This document shows positions 1 to 13,607 of a DNA stretch of 64,000 bases, piece after piece. How positions within the stretch are numbered: position 1 is the stretch's first letter; each line of letters opens with the position of its first letter. The notes beneath the pieces were generated by a model. It saw nothing but the letters and a program-made list of their open reading frames with translations. It was not told the origin of the DNA and searched no databases. Origin of the DNA: Takakia lepidozioides. Its lineage: Eukaryota > Plantae > Bryophyta. The translations under genes were made by a program, and so were the position numbers. The stretch is taken from positions 50,282,001-50,346,000 of the forward strand of contig CM060733.1 of NCBI GenBank assembly GCA_030704615.1. Direction: 5' to 3'.

Positions 1-249
1 CGTTAAGGGTTGAGGTAGCAATTTTTTTCCTCTTCAAAGATGTTATTTAAAATACACTTAAGTTTCAGTAAGAATTGAAGATATGAGGAGTAGATGGTCA
101 AGAGCTAACTAAAGAACTACATAGTTAAATGTAGCTAAAGACAATCGAATGATATTCTCAGATCTAAGGATGGATTGACAGTAGTCCTACAACATGATTT
201 TGTTACATTGTTACACCAGAGCAAAATTTGCAACCATGCAAGAACCTAC

Positions 250-1958
250 CTGTGAGGTTGTTGTTGTTAAGCCATACACCCAAAAGAGACGTGCAATTCG
301 TGAAAGAAGGCGGTATATTGCCCGTGAGATTGTTTCGGCTCAAGTCCATATAGGTTAAATTTTGCAGTTGACCAATTTCTTTGGGTATATACCCTGATAG
401 TTGGTTGTTGTGCAGCCACAGACCCACAAGGGAAGTACAACTCGCCAATGAAGATGGGATGTTGTCTATGAGATTGTTAAAACTCATATTCAAATATTTC
501 AATTTCTTCATTGTTCCCAATACATCAGGTATACCACCTGATCAGCAACAACCATCACATATTAGAATTGCGCTCCATATATATTCATCATAATGCACAT
601 TCAAAAATTGAGTTCAATACAGATTGCAACATGACTACACCGGGAGAAGGTTACATGTGAGGGGGAGGAGATAATCTCACCCATAAGTTTGTTTGAGGAA
701 AGATAAATGGTACTTAGATTTTGCAGTTGTCCAATTTCTTTGGGTATAGACCCTGATAGTTGGTTGTTGTTTAGCCACACACCCACAAGAGACGTGCAAT
801 TCGTGAAAGAAGGCGGTATATTGCCCGTGAGATTGTTTCGACTCAAGTCTATATAGGATAAATTTTGCAGCTGACCAATTTCTTTGGGTATATACCCTGA
901 TAGTTGGTTGTTGTTCAGCCACAGACCCACAAGGGAAGTACAACTCGCCAATGAAGATGGGATGTTGTCTATGAGATTGTTAAAACTCATATCCAAATAT
1001 TTCAATTTCTTCATTGTTCCCAATACATCAGGTATACCACCTGATCAGCAGCAACCATCACATATTAGAATTGCGCTCCATATTCATCAATGCACATTCA
1101 AAAATTGAGTTCAATACAGATTGTAACATGACGACACCGGGAGAAGGTTATATGTAAGGGGGAGGAGATAGTCTCACCCGTAAGTTTGTTTGAAGAAAGA
1201 TAAATGGTACTTAGATTTTGCAGCTGTCCAATTTCTTTGGGTATAGACCCTGATAGTTGGTTGTTGTTTAGCCACACACCCACAAGGGAACTACAATTCG
1301 CCAACGAAGATGGGATGTTGTCTGTGAGATTGTTCCTACTCAAATCCAAAAGCTCCAATGTCTTCATTGTTCCCAATGCAGTTGGTATACCACCTGAACA
1401 ACAACCATCACATATTGTTAGAATTGCACATGTAATTTTAATGTACATTAAAAGATTGAGTAATATAGATTTCAACCCAAGTGTTTATGCCTGAGAGAGA
1501 ATCCATGACCTAAATGCACATGGGAGCCTACCTGTGAATTGGTTGTTGTTTAGCCACACACCCACAAGGGAACTACAATTCGCCAACGAAGATGGGATGT
1601 TGTATGTGAGATTGTTCCTACTCAAATCCAAAAGCTCCAATGTCTTCATTGTTCCCAATGCAGTAGGTATACCACCTGATCAACAACAGCCATCACATAT
1701 TGTTAGAATTGCACATGTAATTTTAATGTACATTAAAAGATTGAGTCATATAGATTTCAACCCAAGTGTTTATGCCTTAGAGAGAATCCATGACCTAAAT
1801 GCACGTGAGCCCACCTGTGAATTGGTTGCTGTTAAGCCTCAATACCACAAGGGATGTGCAATTCGCTAAAGAAGAGGGTATAGTGCCCGTGAGAGTGTTC
1901 TCACTCAGATCGATATGCGAGAGCTTGGTCAACTTTCCCAAATTTGGCGGTATGCCAC
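250..1958. repeat. Tandem duplications of LRR exon+intron units
   Basis: Intron 538-680 is near-identical to 1041-1177, intron 1394-1531 to 1676-1814, and the flanking exons are near-identical. Confidence 0.9.
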
Positions 1959-3264
1959 CTACGAATCCAACAGTAATTGCTCGTTAGTTCGAACAATTCA
2001 AGTCTAAATTGTGTCCTCGAAAAGATTGCATACACATCCCCGACGTGGACGTGGAGGTTGAGAGTGCAACCCACAAGATTGTCACATTGTAAGTGAACAA
2101 AGATCAACCAACATCGTGTACAGCACGATACCCGCACCAAGATAAGCTTGTACAATAATTGGGACTTCCAAGAAACACTTTGGCACTTGTATCATTCTTC
2201 TGTCTTCAAGATCTCAAGAAAATAATCCCAATATCAGCTCCTGCAGTGGCTTCAACGGTCCAAATTCAAATGGTATTAAGGTCTCATCACGAGTAATAAA
2301 TATTAAAGGACCACTCCAAGGAATAAAATCCCACCATACAAGAAGAAACTAGAATCAGCAAGTTGAGTATCGATGATGCAAATCAAGCAGAAATACTCTC
2401 ACCTGAAAGGAGATTTTGTTTCAAGGTCAGACTCTTCACAAGTGATGTACAATTCCCCAAAGTAGTGGGAATGCCGCCACTGAGGCTGTTATTACTCAGT
2501 TGTAGGTCTTGCAAATTGTGTAACAAGCCTATTTCCACGGGGATGGGGCCGGACAAGTTGTTTGAAAAAAGCCAAAGTGTCCTTAGGTTTTGCAACTGTC
2601 CAATTTCCTGAGGTATATACCCCGATAAGGAGTTATTTGTAAGATCGAGGACGGAAAGGTTTCTGCAATTTCGAAGTCGACGGGGGATCCGTCCATAGAG
2701 ATTGTTGGACGTGAGGTTGAGAGTGGAAAGAGCGGTGAGGTTCCCAATGAAATGTGTGATTTTCCCTTGAAGGTTCATGCCCGGAAGTTCTAGCCCCACA
2801 ACGCGCTGCCCTTGGCAAGTCACCCCGACCCACGTACAAGGATCAGACTGATTTGTAGTAGTCCAATTCGCCATAGCTGCGGAATTGCTTTTGCGCATGC
2901 TGTACTTGAAGGCCAGTAAGGCTTGTTCATCATAGGGAGACAAATGTGATAAGTTAGTACTCGTCAAGTGCCTACTGTTGGAAACTATATCTCTGCCTCT
3001 GTTGTGAAAACGGCCTGCATTGGCCAAGGTATCTGCTATCTCCTTTCGTTGATGCTTAGGGGTTGTAACATGCTTGGAACTTGTAGCCTTTGCTTCCTGC
3101 TTGATCCACGTATGATCCATGTTCATTAAAGCCGGTCTGTAATTGCGAGCATAACTTTGGACGACTGAAGTTGTGCACCATCTTCGTGGGTCTATGCAAT
3201 GTTGTGCTATAGTGTCAGGTAACATTTGCATGGTTAAAAGCATTAGAAAAAGCATTGCCCTCAT
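250..3264 (-). CDS. LRR receptor-like kinase/protein, 5' part (signal peptide, LRRNT, plant-type LRRs); presumably continues beyond the left edge
   Basis: Exons read with GT-AG boundaries: 3264-2403 (MRAMLFLMLL... DEQALLAFK...DPCTWVGVTC plus LRRs), 1958-1815, 1675-1532, 1393-1178, 1040-681, 537-250. All join in frame at the Gly of the LxGxIP motif. No TM or kinase domain is in the window. Confidence 0.9.
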
Positions 3265-5975
3265 AGCGCCCAGCTCTACGTTGCCAACCGTCTTTGCCGT
3301 GAAGGGGTCGTGAAATGACCTCGATTTGATCCAAACAGTTGGACTGAACTGAAGAGAGATCTGATCCAGCAAACGATGATCTATTTCTCTCCAGGCCCAT
3401 ATGGTCTCTACACTCACCCTTCTGCATGTGCGTTATTCTGTGTACAACCGTTCTGATAACGGATTCAAACATTCGAATGAAGAGTGTGGAACGTAGGACG
3501 GCTGTTGTTTGCCCACCTGATGGGACGTATATGAAGGCTTGTCACTCACAGATCATTTGTGAGATCTGCACACGCTGCTCAGGAAGGTCACCAATGTCTA
3601 CCTAGGCTAACTGACAAATTCGATATGCCTTTTAGAGTTTATGCATGCAGCTTGAATTTCTTTTAAAGCTAGATCGAATATTATTGTCCTCTTAGGATCA
3701 CATTGGATTTTTCTGAATTTGTTTGTGGGGGTAGCTATTGAAGGTATTGCAGCTGTCAGTTCCAATCCAACGGTCACATGTAGTAAATCCTTAGATGTGG
3801 CGTCAGACTATGTGAAGCAGTGGTGGGCCCAAATTCTTTAGAAACAGTTCGGGGAGTGGTTGAAAGCATAAATCGCATGGAATGATTGTTTATGGAGCAT
3901 GCGGATGGTGATAGTGTACATAGCTTCAAAGAGGACAATCTCCAAATAAAACAGAAGACTTTCAATAGAAACCTAAATATGAAAATGTAGAATCAAACAC
4001 GTCTGAGTCCCTGGCATGATCGAGTTAGAGGTAGGTAGCCTCCACAGCTTGGAAGCCTCTTCAACAGGACGACAACACCTGGATTCTAGGTTCTAGATTC
4101 TAATCCTCTCTCAACGCTTGTCTCCCTCTTTAGCAGGTCCTCCATCCCAGCGCCAACATTCCCACGTACCGAAGCTCTTCACAATCTACAACTTTCCAAC
4201 CGCCGCCCATTGTCCGCTTATGTATAGGTAGTAGTTTTTTTTTGTATTTGCCTGCATAAAAGCATAATCACCTTTATAAAGGTAGCGAAAGAGGTTATTT
4301 TCTCCTCTCACTATAATTAAGGGGGAAAACTAACTAAGAAAAATTTAAAAAAAAAATTAAGGGGCCTGATTTCTGAGCTGGTGTCTCCCAGGTATTTCCA
4401 AAAAATTAAAAATTAAAATAAAATAAACGTGGTTATGAGTCTTTTGTTCACACTGCCCACATAGCTATAGAAAGATAACTTCCCACTTTGCTCTCATGTA
4501 AGCACAATCATGAAGGTAATTCTGTACAAAGTTCATCCATCTCATTTATCCTCCCAAAAATATAACATATTAAAAGATAAATACCTTTGAGATATGCCTT
4601 TCATGTACCTTCGCAATTGCAAAATGGCTGGGTCCTGTGGGCAGGCATAAGATCAGCCTTTTAGAGAGGGATGTGTCTAAATGCACAGGCCGGCAGGATT
4701 CCCTTATGGTGATTATTCTTTTTTTGAAAAAGAAAATGTTAAAAGGGGACAGTGGCCCTTACTTAACTTATATAATAAACAGAAGTGTACAAGAAGAAAA
4801 TAATATTATTCCTTTTTGAAGTTGAGGTAATTTGATTACATGGTGCAATATTTCTATAATTTTTAGTGGATCATTCTGGATTTGTTTTTGTTTTTTCTTA
4901 AGGGAAACATCTGGGAGCGACAGCTCACAAAATCAGTCCCCGTAATTATAGTGAGAGGAGCAAATGATCCTCTTTCACGGTAACCTCGCTTCTGCTCTAT
5001 TACGATTATGCCTTTTTTGAGGCAAATTAGGAAGCATAAGATTGTCATTCCACGGCGCTGGCCTAATCGACTGTTTGACTTTCAGTATAGGGTAAGACCC
5101 AAGGACGGGGCCTTCCTGAAATAAAGGGCCTGCGAAAGAAAGGGCCGGTAGCCGAGTGCGGCCCCGAGTTTCAGGAAGGACCCCGTCCGAGGGCCTTAAC
5201 CGGCGTAAAAGACACAGCCAAGGATTTCCTTTACCATCGACGGCTGGGATCATCTAAATCGGACGGCTCACAAGAGCAGGAAGTGCCAGGCTGACCTGGC
5301 GTGAAAATTCCTCCATGTAAGGCGCCATCCTCTCTAACTACAAAATCCTGGCCGGGTCTTTATGCAGCTCGTAATTGGACATGGGGTCGTATTACAGCTT
5401 CCACCCAACGTTCCGCAGGGTTTGGCCTTTCACTTGTCAAGGGAGTTTGCCACATCGTAGCACGTGGCAAGATTTTTTTGGCTATTGTAGCTCTGATAGC
5501 GACTTCTGGGGTTTGTAGCCCAAGTAATACTCCCCCATTCCAATTACGTTCGATAATGGCCACCGGTTGACCCTGCTCGCAGGTCCGCCCGGTGGCCATT
5601 ATCTAGTACATTATGGCCTACAGCCAATCGCAGGCCTCACATAATCTGCCAAGTACAGCCGCCATGTGGCTACAAACTCGTGAGGTAGAATGTGTAGGTG
5701 GCGAACCAGCTGTTTTCCATGTGGATTGTACGTGGCTACAGCTACGCACCATAGTGTCGCAATATGGCGACCATATATGACCAAGAAGACATTGCAATGG
5801 CGACACATTGTTCAAAGCAGGGCAGATAAACGTGGCTCCAAGGGCCCTTATATTGCAGCAAAGTGGCCATAAAAGGCCAATGTCATTAATTTGGCTCCAT
5901 AGAGTCCACCTAGATAATTGTTATTCCTATAGAGCAGAAAAAATATAACATATCTTTTATTTCTTATCACATATC

Positions 5976-6256
5976 AACCATTATGTTTTTTTGAAAAGAA
6001 AATTTCCTCAACAATAGTTTTTGAGGGAGGTCAAAACAATTGTTGAGGTAATATCCGTTTTCAAAACCATTATGTTTTTTTTTTAAAGAAAATTACCTCA
6101 AAAATAATTTTTGAGGGAGGTCTAAAACAATTGTTGAGGTAATATATGTTTTCAAAATCATTATGTTTTTCTTTAAAAAAATTACCTCAACAATAATTTT
6201 TGAGGGAGGTCAAAAATAATTGTTGAGGTAATATCTATTTTCAGAACCATTATGTT
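5976..6256. repeat. ~90-bp tandem repeat x3, each unit with an internal hairpin
   Basis: Unit AACCATTATGTTTTTT...ATTACCTCAACAATAATTTT-TGAGGGAGGTC-AAAATAATTGTTGAGGTAAT...TTTTCA. Confidence 0.85.
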
Positions 6257-6750
6257 CATGTTATGTTGTTGTTTTCAAGTGTTTTTACAGAGCCAAGATT
6301 TCATAACAGTAAGGGTAGCATAACCAAAAAACATTTAACATTTATTCAGGGTCGACTTAGCCCACTCTGGATGGGACACATGACAATAATGGATTTTTTT
6401 TTAATATTTTTTAATTAAAAAAATGGATGGAGGCCCTTGTTCTCAAATTAAATAAATATATTGCGTCTTGCGCCCAAAAGACACTGGGGAACTAATACTA
6501 CTAAGCTACCAGGTCCAAAACAGACTGTCTAGGCAACATGCCCCATGAAAATTGCCCAAATACCAAATGTCAACGTCGATATTCTCACTACCATCGCGAT
6601 GATGGAAACAAAGGGGCTCTTGAATTTTCCCTCCAGCACAAAAGGAACTTTGTAAATCTAAGCAGAGACATTATAACGACCACGGGGCACCGCTCCACTC
6701 CATTTATCAAAGCATGATTCGTACGGACAATCACGTAGGCCAAAGAATTT

Positions 6751-9700
6751 CTAGCCATACATACCCACCACCACCGCTAGGTGGGGATCAAGGCCAGACC
6801 GCAGCTTGTTCTTAAAAAATGCCAAAAATGAAAAGCATCGTTCATCCTCAACGCTGCCCAAGACATGCACCATCGCGATCTCTGCAAGTTTGACATACTC
6901 CAGGAATGCATGAGTTAGTACGCGAGATGCATGAATAGTTCTCCAGATCTTTGTGAGAGGGTTAGGGGGGTTCCATGGCTGCCAAAGCATTGGATTTCAT
7001 ACTCAACTTGAACATACCAGTGTTGGGCGGTTACCCACCAGGACCCAGGTTAACCGCCGGTTTAGGTTCAGGTTAACCGGAACCGGGGCCCATTCCTGCA
7101 GAACCTGACCCGGAACCGGAACCTGCCAATGGGGATCGGCGCAGAACCGAACCGGTTCCTGTTGGGGTGAAAACCAGAGAACCGGGGCGCATGGGGATAA
7201 AAACAGGTTCCGGTTCTTGAACCCTTGGTGGGCCCTTGGCATAACATGGCATAACCTGGAGAGCTGGTGGGCCCCATGGCAAAACTAGCTCCATGAGATC
7301 TTGGGTTCAATGCTTGAAGGCCATGACATTCTATGTTCAATGCTTCAACGCCATGAGATCTTGGGTTCAATTTCCAGCTCCATGATATCATGGCTAAGTT
7401 CATTAATCAAAATGTTGGAAGATGCCAATACTTGCCAGATAGCTGAATAGTAATTTCAACCCATAAAATCTTACCCATTTTCTTCTACCAGTTTATTTAG
7501 AGTATTTTTGTTTGTTTTTTTTTGTGTTAGTGAAAACTAATAAAATCATTGGATTTTAGTTCAAATATGTGAATACATTGCTATTTAATCTCCCGGACTG
7601 ATAAAATATTTTAAATCTAATTATTTATTTAAATAAAAATAAATAAATAAAAACCAGAACCTAACCGGAACCGGTGGTTTTTATCAGCAACTAACTGGTA
7701 ACTGGAACCGCCCCCATGTTTAAAAGTTGGATCCGGAACCAGACCGGAACCGGCTCAATAAAAAAAAAAACCGGAACCGAATCCAGAACCGTCTCTTGAA
7801 AAGAAATGTGGAGCCGGAACTGAAGGTTCCTTCACAAATGCAAGAACCGCCCAAAACTGGAACATACCTTGCTGGGAGTCCAAGTCCCAACAATTGAGGG
7901 TGGGCTGAATTGTTTTCTGATCAGCCCCCTCGCCAAAAACTCTAGCCTCACCATACCAGCTCTTGAGCACCTCAAGGTGCTTCCTAAAACTATCCTCAGC
8001 CCCTGATTGCAACCAGCACTGTGGGTACACGATTCCCATGGCATCAAACACTGAGTGCTCAGGAAATCTGATATTCAGCTCATCCACAAGTTGCATGGCT
8101 GCAATTGCACACCCACATGCGCTTAAGTTAGAGCAAAAAAGCAAGCCTGAACAGTCACAGCAGAAATGGTAAGTACATTTCCAAGAGCATGGATAGTCAT
8201 AGCAGCAACAATGGTTCCAGATTTCAACTGGGGTAATCAGATTTCAAGGGGCATGGCAGTTAAATATTACCTGAACACTCATTTTTGGCTCTGGCCACGA
8301 GGTTGTTCCATAAGTCCTTGTTCACATAGTTCCGCGGACTCTCCACCTCAGTCCCATCCACACCCTGCCCTACTTGTGCCTCCACTATCACCAAGTCATC
8401 AGCACCAGCCACATGCACAATGGGCATAGATGCAGCAGACACATGGTTAGCCCACACTTGCTCCCCATTCACAATATAAACCAAATGTTATGAGTTGTTG
8501 TTCAGGTCAGCCACCCCCTTGAGGTGGATTGCTCATGGCCTACAATCCAACAAGCTCTTAAAAGACCAGAACTCATCACTTGCAAAGGCAGTTCCCCGAT
8601 CAATGTACAAGGAGTATAACTGCCCCTGACAGATTTTAATCGCAGCAACCATGTCACAAATGAAAACATTTCGGTCTTGTGCAAAGTGCACCAAACAATC
8701 GATGCTCTCAAGGAGGGGGAGAATGCAACACATACCCAACATGGTGTATGGGTCACATAACAAAGCCAGCAAACCCTGCCACACACCACAGCAACACACC
8801 ACATCAGAAATGCCGAATGAACTAGTTAATCATAAACATGCACAACATGATAAAATATGCACACAAGCCAACAAATTCTAATTACCTTTGCAGCTTTGTT
8901 GTCCGTCTTGTCGATCTGCATGTTGGCCAGGATGGGTCTGTACTCGGCCAAAATCCGCTTCATTGGTTCAATGATGGACACCCACCGCGTTTTCACATTC
9001 CGAAGCATTTTCAGACCCTTTGTTTCCATCATGTCTGCAAACTTGGTGAACTCCAAGTATCTTTTGGGGTTGTATGCAAAATAGGCATGGCTGGTCTGAA
9101 GCAAAGTCTCAATGCCACTAACAATGCTCAACTGGGATAGTGTCTTGAAGGCCAAATTGTACATATGTGCCATGCAATGCACCCTCATACAGAAGGGAGC
9201 ATGCTTGGATGCAATTTGTTTTGTGACACCATTCCTCATACCTTGGAAGGTGCTCACACCATCAGCCCCAAAACAAAGCAATTTCTGAGCTACAGAAGAT
9301 TCAGCGAGTCCTCCACCCTTTCACAATGCATCCATTATGACTAGAGTGAGGTTATCAGCCCCACTCCCGTCCACAATTTTTTGGAGAGAGAGATCATCAT
9401 GGGGATTCTTACCCAGTTCTGCACAAAGTATGCATGGACGCTGATCCACGAGCCATTGTCCACAGAGGTTACCTCATCACAAGTCAAGGCAACAAATTTG
9501 GCAGTTCTTACAGAAGTCAGCATAGCCTGTTGAACCTCATTATACATGAATTCTGCCATAATCCAGCCACTTGTAGCACTCCAATGCATTTTGGGGCTGT
9601 TCTGGACCTCCAAATACTCATACAAATCTTGCATTCTCTCATACTCTATCATGGGTCAGCCCCCTCAAAGCAAATGAAGAAGAGTAACAAATTGGACTTT

Positions 9701-10372
9701 CTTTCTAGCCCTCTCACCCGTGTTGTGGACAACAATTTGTTCCAGTACTGTGGCAGGAGCACGGGCATTATATAAAGCGGCATTCTTCTTGTGCTTGCAA
9801 TCACTTGCTACATACCATTCCCCCTTTTTTACCTTATACTTGGGCATGTCCCTCTGGGCCCTCCTCCTCCCCTCGTGCTTGATGAGTGTGTCCCACTTGG
9901 GGGCCATGAGCATGGGCCTCTTGTTGATGGTGGAGCAGACCTTGCACCTCACAAGATGTAAGCTCCCATCTGTGCCAAGCTCCCCCTCAGCCCATGGCAG
10001 CTTTGCTACCCACTCCAACTGGAATTTCCTTGTCAGATCATAGTTAGGCTTAGCTTTTTTGGCAGGCACAGCGTCCTCATGTGCATCATCTGAATCCTCA
10101 TTGTCATGTGTGTCAGCAGACACCACAATAGTCCCATGAGAAGTTTGGGATGACTCTGGGGGTGAGGGGATAGAGTCACTGGACTCATTTGATGTGCCTT
10201 CAGCATCAGAGGGTGGTGGCATTCTATCACAAACTACGCTAAGAGGCTGGGAATTTCCCCAATTCCGCGAGCTCGCTAAGTACTTGTCAAGAAAAGAGAA
10301 GGAACTCATGCGTTTGGATGCGGCAAGGGGCCTGGATTTGAGACTCATCCTTGTGTTGGGACTCCAAATCAA
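6751..10372 (-). pseudogene. hAT transposase, ZNF862-like (TTF-type Zn finger, DDE core, C-terminal dimerisation domain)
   Basis: LPWAEG...VRCKVCS...LIKHEG; ALTCDEVTSVDN; FGADGVSTFQG...HCMAH; TRWVS; LGSVEDERCFSFLAFFKNKLR. Broken by stops, frameshifts and a MITE. Confidence 0.88.
7018..7859. mobile_element. Non-autonomous hAT-type MITE (842 bp) nested in the transposase
   Basis: TIRs CAGTGTTGGGCGGTT / AACCGCCCAAAACTG. Perfect 8-bp TSD GAACATAC (7010-7017, 7860-7867). GAACCG-rich subterminal repeats. Removing it restores ...QQGMFKLSMK. Confidence 0.93.
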
Positions 10373-12759
10373 TCCAACCTTAACACTATAACATGCAAAG
10401 AGGACAAGATAGGAGAAAAAAAGATATAAACAAGACTAGTTCTCCCTGAACTAAAGAAGATAGAAAGCAAGGCATGGCGGGGACTCGACAATGGAGACTC
10501 CACATACAACTACAGTGCAAAGAATGTAAGAATGCAAGAACATATGAGGCAAGGGGTCGGGGGTCAAGGGTGTACCTCACTTTGTTACATGTCTCCCTCC
10601 TGCTTCAGCCTATGCCGCCACGATCCTAATGCGATCCAGCAGCCGCCTCCGCACAAAAAAGCTCCCCCCGCATCCTTCAAGTCCCTCCCAATAAAGAAGC
10701 GCACACTAAACAAACCTGGCGATGCACATGAACTCAAGGCACAACATAGTAGGCGATGAACTCAGAGTGACAGCTGCCGCGCCGTGGTGGCGATGGCCAC
10801 CCCCTCCAGCCCTAAAATGCTTGGCAAACGGACGGCCTAGGGCGGAGCACATGGCGAGATCCCCTACGGCTACCACGCCAACAGGCGCCGGCCTTGGATG
10901 GCGGGTCAGGATCCGGTTCCCAGGCGCCAAGGGGTGGTTCCATTGTTGCTTTATGGTGACACTCCGCCAGGGAACGCATGCTTTCTGGTTTTTTTTTTGT
11001 TTTTTCCCATGTTTTTTTCAAGGATGTGTCGTAGCCCACAAAGTTTGAGTGCTTTCTGGCTTTATTTCGCCTAAAAAATATGGGTTGCACCTACTTCGTT
11101 GGGTCTCCGGCCTCGCCCTAGTGACTCACTAGGAGCCATAATGCGCCCTAGGGGGCGCAAGATACATGCATGAAGGTGGGAGCTCCGATTCCATATCCTG
11201 TATGTATGACAATGATGGCCATTTCGGCGAGGAAATAACATCTCTTGACAGTTTTTCGTAAGGGTGGATCCAGCAATATTCTCGATGCGGACATGAACAT
11301 TCGCACTGACAAGTGCCAGGACTATTAGTTAAAACGGTTAGACAACCAAGTTGTGCTCATTAACACAGGCCGCAATTGTGTTGTTTCGGAACAATGCATC
11401 CCATTGCACATGACGGAACGCAAACGGAAATGCGGCACCGCATTTCCGTCCAACAAGCATGGAATGAAAGTGGAGAAATGATATCGAATAATACCGATGT
11501 CGCCTTATTGGAAACTCTCGTTGGCGGGCTTGGCATCCCAACAGACATGTTTTGACGAGACCTCGGTACGTCCGAGGTATTCATTTTCTTCCTCGAGTCT
11601 GCTTTGTCTCTAACGAAGGACTTCTCTCCGGTGGAACCGATTTGTAGAAGAGATTGAAATGGTTTGGGAGCCCTATTCCGCTTCCTCGGTGCAGAACATT
11701 GCACCAACACTGCAGGGTCGGGAAGCCGAGAAGTTGCAATTGAAGTTTCGTCCTTGTCCTCGTCCAAAGGGTTGCGGAGAAGGGGAACGGAATGGAAATT
11801 GTTCCTTGAGCACTCACATCCTGAATGGAATTCACACGTAATGAAGGATTACCTCGGAACAGATTTTCAATGAAGACGTCGTTTGACAGGAATGTCACAA
11901 TCCGCAGATTTTCTGGCCTGGAGTAAAACAAGAACATCAAACCCAATACTAGTCTAAGGAAAACAAAAGGACGAGTTAGAATTCAGATATAAGTAATTTT
12001 ACCTGACTCCTTCTGATTTGGGCTGTCCAACCTTCGTGCTGGGGAGAGAAGGAGGGAAGATAGACAACAGTGTGACGCGGAGCCGCATCCTCAGCCGCAT
12101 CCTTAATGGCTGACATTCTCAAGGTACATTTCAGACCCTTGACACTTAAAAGGGAGGGTGAGGAAGACCGTAGATTGAGGTCCACGAAATCCCCTACAGA
12201 TTTGTCAGGTTGGCTTCCACCTTCGACATTCAATGCTAAACAATCCTGCGACGGAACATCCTTCTCAGGAATGGACTGAAGAGGATGGTCGTGCAATTGA
12301 AATGAAGCCAAGTGCCTGGATGATTCTTCACTGTCGTTGACAGAAATCTCAACAGTAGTGTGAATGTTGTCCCTCTGTCGACGAATTTCTGATATGGAGG
12401 ATTCCAATGGAGGTCCCGACAAGAAGTTGGCATCAGCAGGATCTCCATGAACCTACAGAAATGAACTTACATGGTCAATGTACAGACACAGGATAACCTC
12501 CACTGCACAGTGGGAGTTGTCGGATATGAAAAAGCCCCCGAGACGAGTTTCGGGGAAGGCTTGAATCCCAGAGGATCGGGATGGTATAGGGTGGAGAAAT
12601 GCATGGATGAGACTAGGAGATAGCAAACAATTCCATGTCAATTCACATTGAAACGGAAATCACAGTAGACAACAGTTTTTATAGAAAAACAATACAACCT
12701 ATAGAAAAACCAATCAAAAATATACATTGAATCACAGACGTGGTTGATCAATAAAATCT

Positions 12760-13492
12760 TTATTTTGAAGCATCATATCGGAGATTCCCGTAATTAGAAT
12801 CATCAATATAATCCAAGAGAGGCTTAAACTTGGGATCGGTTGAAACATTCTGGTAAGGCTTAAGTCCTATCCTCTTTTCCCTGAGATAACTGGAAACGGT
12901 GCGAGATTTCTTCATTTCAAGCAAATATTTATGGAGAACCTTCTGGAGATAGCAAGAGTCCGTCTCAACGGATTCAAACGATTTTAGAATCAGACATGAT
13001 TCAGGCGGGTTCAACACACACTTAATAGCATAATTGTCAATGAGTAGAGTGTTACTCCTGTTGTACTGACCACCAAATCTTTGCCAGACCGTCATCAATG
13101 GCTTCAAGAACAGACTCGGTGGGTCATATCCTGATATAAATTGAGGGTGGACAGAAGTAGGACAGGAGATACAATCTTCTTGAGACATAACAAATGTCGG
13201 CTGAGGAAGACCCCAAAGCATAAAGTCTAGGATAGGCTGCAAGTTCTTGTACATCATGCAGCTCCATATATCTAGACGGAAATGTTTGTTCAACTCTGTC
13301 CACATCTCACGATATTTTTCCCGCCTATAGACAAGTCGAAATCCAACAAGAGCTGGTATCTTTTAGTCTGTCTCAGACATTCGGGGGACATTGTAGCTCT
13401 TCTGGTGCTTCAAGACTTTGCACAAAACTCCATTCAGGTAAAAAATTATCAAGCGCAATCCTTTCGCAACTGGAGAAACTGGTGCTGCAATC
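12760..13492 (-). pseudogene. FCP1/NIF-like HAD phosphatase-fold domain 2 (degenerate catalytic motif, disrupted)
   Basis: RLIIFYLNGVLC (motif-I position) ... FRLDIWSC ... VMSQEDC ... LFLKPL..VW ... SNTLLIDN...KCVLNP. Confidence 0.75.
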
Positions 13493-13607
13493 TGTGAGAA
13501 ATTCATACATGCACTTAGGTGGTAATCAAGATAAACCAAGGATAGGATTGACATTGGGAGCAACGTCCACTGGACAGTCGAGGTTCAGGAAAATCTCGAG
13601 CAGCCAT

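Larger units (their letters stand above)
6462..11166 (-). mobile_element. hAT-superfamily DNA transposon, degraded; ends tentative
   Basis: Contains hAT transposase fragments. Candidate imperfect TIRs TGCGTCTTGCGCCC (6462) and GGGCGCAAGATACA (11153-11166). No TSD seen. Confidence 0.55.

Noticed and set aside
381-2839. Plus-strand and alternate-frame short ORFs over the LRR exons, and similar ORFs over TE genes
   Set aside because: Shadow frames of real coding sequence.
11338-12641. Low-complexity ORFs left of the NIF domains
   Set aside because: Possible exons, but no recognisable motif to support a call.
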